This document shows positions 25,999-29,541 of a DNA stretch of 29,541 bases, piece by piece. The stretch is from Candidatus Acetothermia bacterium (lineage in GTDB: Bacteria > Bipolaricaulota > Bipolaricaulia > UBA7950 > UBA9294). Made by a program: the position numbers and the translations under genes. Numbering within the stretch: the first letter of the stretch is position 1; the number at the start of each line of letters is the position of its first letter. Where the stretch lies: NCBI GenBank assembly GCA_003650505.1, contig QMQL01000001.1, positions 1 through 29,541 of the forward strand, written 5' to 3'. The notes below the pieces were generated by a model. The model worked only from the letters and a program-made list of their open reading frames with translations. It was not told the origin of the DNA and did not search any database.

Positions 25999-26076
25999 TT
26001 ATACCTCCTTATTCTCTGATGGAATTTATAAGATTAGGGTGCTGTGTCTTACTGCTATTAACCCCTCACCTCCTCG

Positions 26077-28005
26077 CTACTCGTTGAGCCCAAGCTGTTC
26101 GAGCCGCTCCGTTGTCGGTTGCCCCGTCCTGGGGTCCCACCCACGTTCTTCGTAGTAATCGTCGAGCAGCCTATCGACGTCTTCTTTAGCTAGCACTTTG
26201 GTTTGGTAATAATCCTGCATCTCGATGCGCCCTTCCGGCGATTCCATCGGTCTAAACCAGACTTCGGGGACCTTGTCATCCGCACGCGTGAAGCCTTCTT
26301 GCACGTTGATCAACTTGGCCAGGTTGCTGATCCGTTCACCGTGTTCGACGAGATCACCAGGAGAGAGATCCTCGCCCGTGGCCGCGTTGTACAGATGAGC
26401 CATATCGTCAGCAAAGATGAGCCCCTGGTAGGTGTAGATGGAGCAGAGGCCCAATGCGTTTTTGACCCGCATCATGTCCTCCATGTAGCGGGTGTAGCGG
26501 CCAACGTTGAACTTACCGGTATACGGTGCTTCCGTGAAGATCCGATCGACCGCCTCCTGGGGGATCCCCCACCGTTCCACCTGCTCGCGGATCTCCTCGA
26601 TTGTCCTGTTCCGGCTGTTCGTCCGTGTATGGGAACCGCCGTGATGCGGTCGCGGGCGGGTGAAGAACGTCATCATCAGCGGATGAAAGTTGGATGGTCG
26701 GGCATCGTAGATGAAATCCACTCCCTTGCAGATCCCTGCGTACCAGTAATCCTGGGGATCAAGGCCAAATTCCCGTTTTAGACGGATCCAGCCATCTGCA
26801 AGGACATCGCCAAAGCCTTCCCTGTTTACCGTCATTTCGTAAAGCTTCTGGTAGGTCGGGTACTCTCGCTTGAGTTCCAATCCGCCGGTGTCTGCTTTGG
26901 TCAACCGGCCGATCTCGTACATCTTGGTTACGAAGTCGATCAGCCTGGTTGTGGTGTAAAAGTCGATTCCGGTCCGGGAATTCGCATCCGCTACGAAGTG
27001 GATCATCTTTCTGTGGTCTTCTACACCGAGGAGCATCCCCGAAGTCGCGCTCTTGCTGAATGGGGAGCCGAATCCGATCTCCCCATCGTATTCTCCCCCC
27101 TTCGTCTTCCACCTTAGCCGACATCCGAGGAGGCAGGAATTGCAGGCGATGACATCCTCTACCGTCTCCATCCTTGTCTTTTCGCCGTACAGTTCGTCCC
27201 ACCGATCCTTGGGCCAAATCCCCGGATACTGGGTATGCTTGAACGTGCTCCATCCCGCGGCTAGTCCGAGCTTTATCCAGTGATCCCGTTTGGGCCACTC
27301 GAGAACGCGGTTTCGCAGGGCCTCGGAGACCTCCATGAATTCTCCCGGGCGGGCGACCTCCACCTCTCCTGTCCCGATTGCCACGATCGCTTTGAGGTTC
27401 TTCGACCCCATGACAGCCCCCAAGCCGCCTCGACCGAGTGAGTTCGTCTTGTCGATGATAGTTAGAGCATGGCGTACGAGGTTCTCTCCCGCCGTCCCGA
27501 TCGCTATGACCCCGGCCTCTGCCCCTTCTCTCCGGATGAGCTCGTTTGTAACCCCTTCGATCCCGCCTCCCCACAGGTCATCCGCCGGCACGATGTCCGC
27601 CCCACCATCTCGGACACGGAGGTAAACCGGGCGCGGCGATTTGCCTGTTATTAGGAGGTGATGGCAACCTGCACGCTTGAGGGCGATCCCCAAGTAACGG
27701 CTTCCTCCGGTGCTCTCCCCGATGTAGTGCCGGCCATCTTCGGCCGCAATCGTCGGGAACTTAGTGATTACAGTGGTCTTCGGCGTTCCGGGCGTTAGGG
27801 TCCCAACGAGGACGCCCGGATTGACGCTGATCAAGTTCTCCGGCGAAAACGGGTCTACTCTTGGGGGTAGATACTTGGAGACGAGGGTCCAGCCGACGCC
27901 GCTTCCTCCGAGGAATGAGCGGTTGAGTTCCGCCTCGACCGGCGTCCTTTCTACATTCCCGGTTGATAAATCTACGTGTAGGATCCAACTGGATGGACGT
28001 GTCAC
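26077..28005 (-). CDS. Aldehyde:ferredoxin oxidoreductase family (AOR/WOR) tungstopterin enzyme
   Basis: FLGGSGVG, ESTGG....ALKRAG..HL.ITGKS.RPVYL, GTAGENLV, GRGGLGAVMGSKNLKAI, CNSCLLGC (CxxCxxxC) plus LGLCS, PE.WF.P. GTG 28005 behind GGAAGGAG, coupled to the upstream stop. Confidence 0.92.
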   Translation of the reverse strand: MTRPSSWILHVDLSTGNVERTPVEAELNRSFLGGSGVGWTLVSKYLPPRVDPFSPENLISVNPGVLVGTLTPGTPKTTVITKFPTIAAEDGRHYIGESTGGSRYLGIALKRAGCHHLLITGKSPRPVYLRVRDGGADIVPADDLWGGGIEGVTNELIRREGAEAGVIAIGTAGENLVRHALTIIDKTNSLGRGGLGAVMGSKNLKAIVAIGTGEVEVARPGEFMEVSEALRNRVLEWPKRDHWIKLGLAAGWSTFKHTQYPGIWPKDRWDELYGEKTRMETVEDVIACNSCLLGCRLRWKTKGGEYDGEIGFGSPFSKSATSGMLLGVEDHRKMIHFVADANSRTGIDFYTTTRLIDFVTKMYEIGRLTKADTGGLELKREYPTYQKLYEMTVNREGFGDVLADGWIRLKREFGLDPQDYWYAGICKGVDFIYDARPSNFHPLMMTFFTRPRPHHGGSHTRTNSRNRTIEEIREQVERWGIPQEAVDRIFTEAPYTGKFNVGRYTRYMEDMMRVKNALGLCSIYTYQGLIFADDMAHLYNAATGEDLSPGDLVEHGERISNLAKLINVQEGFTRADDKVPEVWFRPMESPEGRIEMQDYYQTKVLAKEDVDRLLDDYYEERGWDPRTGQPTTERLEQLGLNE

Positions 28006-28301
28006 GCGGAGGCTCCTTCCCACTGTTTCACGACGATCTTGGACTTGTCTTCTGAAGGTTCGTATACGAGTGCTTCATACTCACACGCATCCGCGCAAAC
28101 CGGCTTACCTCCACAAAGATCGCATCCGATCGGCTTAATCATTGGGGCCGTTCGCTCTGTCTGTACATCGCGTTCCATGACGATCATCGATCTCGCTGGG
28201 TTGAAGACCCCGGCCTTGGCGAACGAACACGCCAGTCGGCAGCTTTGGCAGCCGCGACAACGCTCCGGCCAGACGACCAAGTGTCCCGTTGGGTTATTCA
28301 T
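28002..28301 (-). CDS. 4Fe-4S dicluster protein, small electron-transfer subunit of the AOR/WOR enzyme
   Basis: CRGCQSCRLACS and CDLCGGKPVCADAC: eight Cys for two clusters; N...S.I linker typical of AOR partner subunits. Confidence 0.88.
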   Translation of the reverse strand: MNNPTGHLVVWPERCRGCQSCRLACSFAKAGVFNPARSMIVMERDVQTERTAPMIKPIGCDLCGGKPVCADACEYEALVYEPSEDKSKIVVKQWEGASA

Positions 28302-28316
28302 GTGTCTCCTCAGGGG

Positions 28317-28685
28317 TTAGCGACTGACGATCTCCAAGGTGTTCCCTTCTGGGTCTTCGAAGTAACCGATCATCCAGCCGTTACTCGTCTTACGAACACC
28401 CTCAAGGATTACGCCCTTCTCTCTTAACATCCGTTCTGTTTTCTCGAAGTCCTCGACGACGATGCCGATATGGCTGAACCCGGCGTGGTTCAACTCCCTC
28501 TCTACCCGAGGTTCGTCAGTGGGAAGGAGCTCAATCTCGCCCCCACCGTCGGCGGCTAGGAAGAAGATCGGCGGCCGGCCTTCCTTTTCTATGGTCCTTA
28601 CGACGGAGAACCCGAGCGTTTTACGATACCAATCGGCTAAAGGCACCGTGTCATGAGCATAGATGCCGAAGTGCTCCAGCTTCAT
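28317..28685 (-). CDS. VOC-superfamily protein (glyoxalase/epimerase-like)
   Basis: EHFGIYA.D......WY...LGF, IELL, FSHIGIVVEDF, YFEDPEGNTLEI: His/Glu/His/Glu metal-ligand pattern. Confidence 0.88.
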   Translation of the reverse strand: MKLEHFGIYAHDTVPLADWYRKTLGFSVVRTIEKEGRPPIFFLAADGGGEIELLPTDEPRVERELNHAGFSHIGIVVEDFEKTERMLREKGVILEGVRKTSNGWMIGYFEDPEGNTLEIVSR

Positions 28686-28688
28686 CTA

Positions 28689-29405
28689 CTATCGCCCCCT
28701 CACATCAGCAAATCCCGTTACAAGCATGGCTTCTGCATCGGGGATTAAGAGGGGTATGGCGTAAGAACGGATTAGATCTTTGCCCAGGAGGGCTCCGACA
28801 TTCGCGTCCTCTACGAGGTAGAACTTCCGGCCTGCCCTTAAAAATGCCTTATGGACCGGGAATGGAGGGTCGAGGGTCTTGGCCTCGCCGATGTTTTCGA
28901 TCCCCATCAGGTCGACACAGACGCCCTTCAGGGGGAAGTTTTTCATCAGGTAGTCGGCCGCTTCGACGGAGAATCCCGGCTGCTTGTTGAGATAGCGCTC
29001 CGGATCGGTCTTACGATACTCGGAGTACCCCGTGTAGATAAATAGGAAGTCGCTCTTGGCTAGTTCCTCGGCGTATGGTTCGAGCTCTTCTCGGTGGATC
29101 CGATCCATGTCTCCCTTTGGGATCTCAAGGAGGAGGGGGCGTTCGGAGATGAAATCGGTGATCTCAAACGCCCCCAATTTATGTCCATCTGGGTCGATGT
29201 GGAAGTTGACGTCCATATGGGTGCCGGAATGGACGAACATATGGACGAAGCTCGTGTTGTTGTACGACCCCCATCTTACGTTTTCGAATCTCGTATCCTC
29301 GGGCCTTTCGATCATCCGCGATCTGGGGATCACCTCCGGCGGATCGATCGGTCCTGGCATGACGATTTGGTCCGGCTCTAGCGAATAAGAAAACTGAACG
29401 ACCAC
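28689..29405 (-). CDS. Cyclase-family (kynurenine formamidase-like) metal-dependent hydrolase
   Basis: HSGTHMDVNFH (HxGTHxDxPxH variant), FLFIYTGY, PGFSVEAADYL, GVCVD, VH..FL, LVEDAN. Start placed at GTG 29405 behind GGAGGTGA; GTG 29414 is an alternative. Confidence 0.87.
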   Translation of the reverse strand: MVVQFSYSLEPDQIVMPGPIDPPEVIPRSRMIERPEDTRFENVRWGSYNNTSFVHMFVHSGTHMDVNFHIDPDGHKLGAFEITDFISERPLLLEIPKGDMDRIHREELEPYAEELAKSDFLFIYTGYSEYRKTDPERYLNKQPGFSVEAADYLMKNFPLKGVCVDLMGIENIGEAKTLDPPFPVHKAFLRAGRKFYLVEDANVGALLGKDLIRSYAIPLLIPDAEAMLVTGFADVRGR

Positions 29406-29541
29406 CCTTTTCACCTCCGAAAACTATCTCTCCTTCTCTGCCCGACCCGCTGGCAACCGCCAACCCGATTGGGCTCTATTCACCAGCCCCTATAGGGGGA
29501 TAACCCCGTAGCTTATTACGTTGTAATGACAGCTTTACGAC

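Larger units (their letters stand above)
16410..29541. other. Probable horizontally acquired metabolic island adjacent to tRNA-Ala
   Basis: Visibly lower GC, more T-ending codons and fewer CGATCG sites than 1-16.3 kb; begins right after a tRNA 3' end. No integrase or att duplication is seen within the window. Confidence 0.55.

Noticed and set aside
1-29541. CRISPR array, rRNA, tmRNA, RNase P RNA or IS elements
   Set aside because: No regularly spaced direct repeats, rRNA-like sequence, hallmark ncRNA motifs or transposase ORFs were recognised.

Overview
This is a GC-rich bacterial chromosome segment in two compositionally distinct halves. The lineage is uncertain; it resembles Candidatus Bipolaricaulota/Acetothermia, which is my impression only. 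Core half (1 to ~16,410): the replication-origin region (hslV, dciA, dnaA flanked on both sides by DnaA-box arrays), a six-tRNA cluster, rarA, a 55-aa ribbon-helix-helix protein absent from the ORF track, fadD-like ligase, trxB, xseAB, rnpA-greA-lysS-PAP2, a PLP aminotransferase, an M42 peptidase, uvrC and tRNA-Ala. Many first-in-operon genes here look leaderless, and CGATCG is strongly over-represented. Accessory half (~16,410 to the end): a lower-GC block starting right after tRNA-Ala with two convergent operons. One is FGGY kinase, ribose-type ABC transporter and GntR/UTRA regulator. The other is cyclase-family hydrolase, VOC protein, 2x[4Fe-4S] subunit, tungsten AOR/WOR-family oxidoreductase lacking the canonical EYE motif, non-DapA DHDPS-family aldolase and D-2-hydroxyacid dehydrogenase. 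A shared candidate operator motif links the two operons. This block is the best candidate for an undescribed system: a carbohydrate or sugar-acid catabolic pathway built around a divergent tungstopterin enzyme. All calls come from motif recognition and manual reading; no database searches were run.
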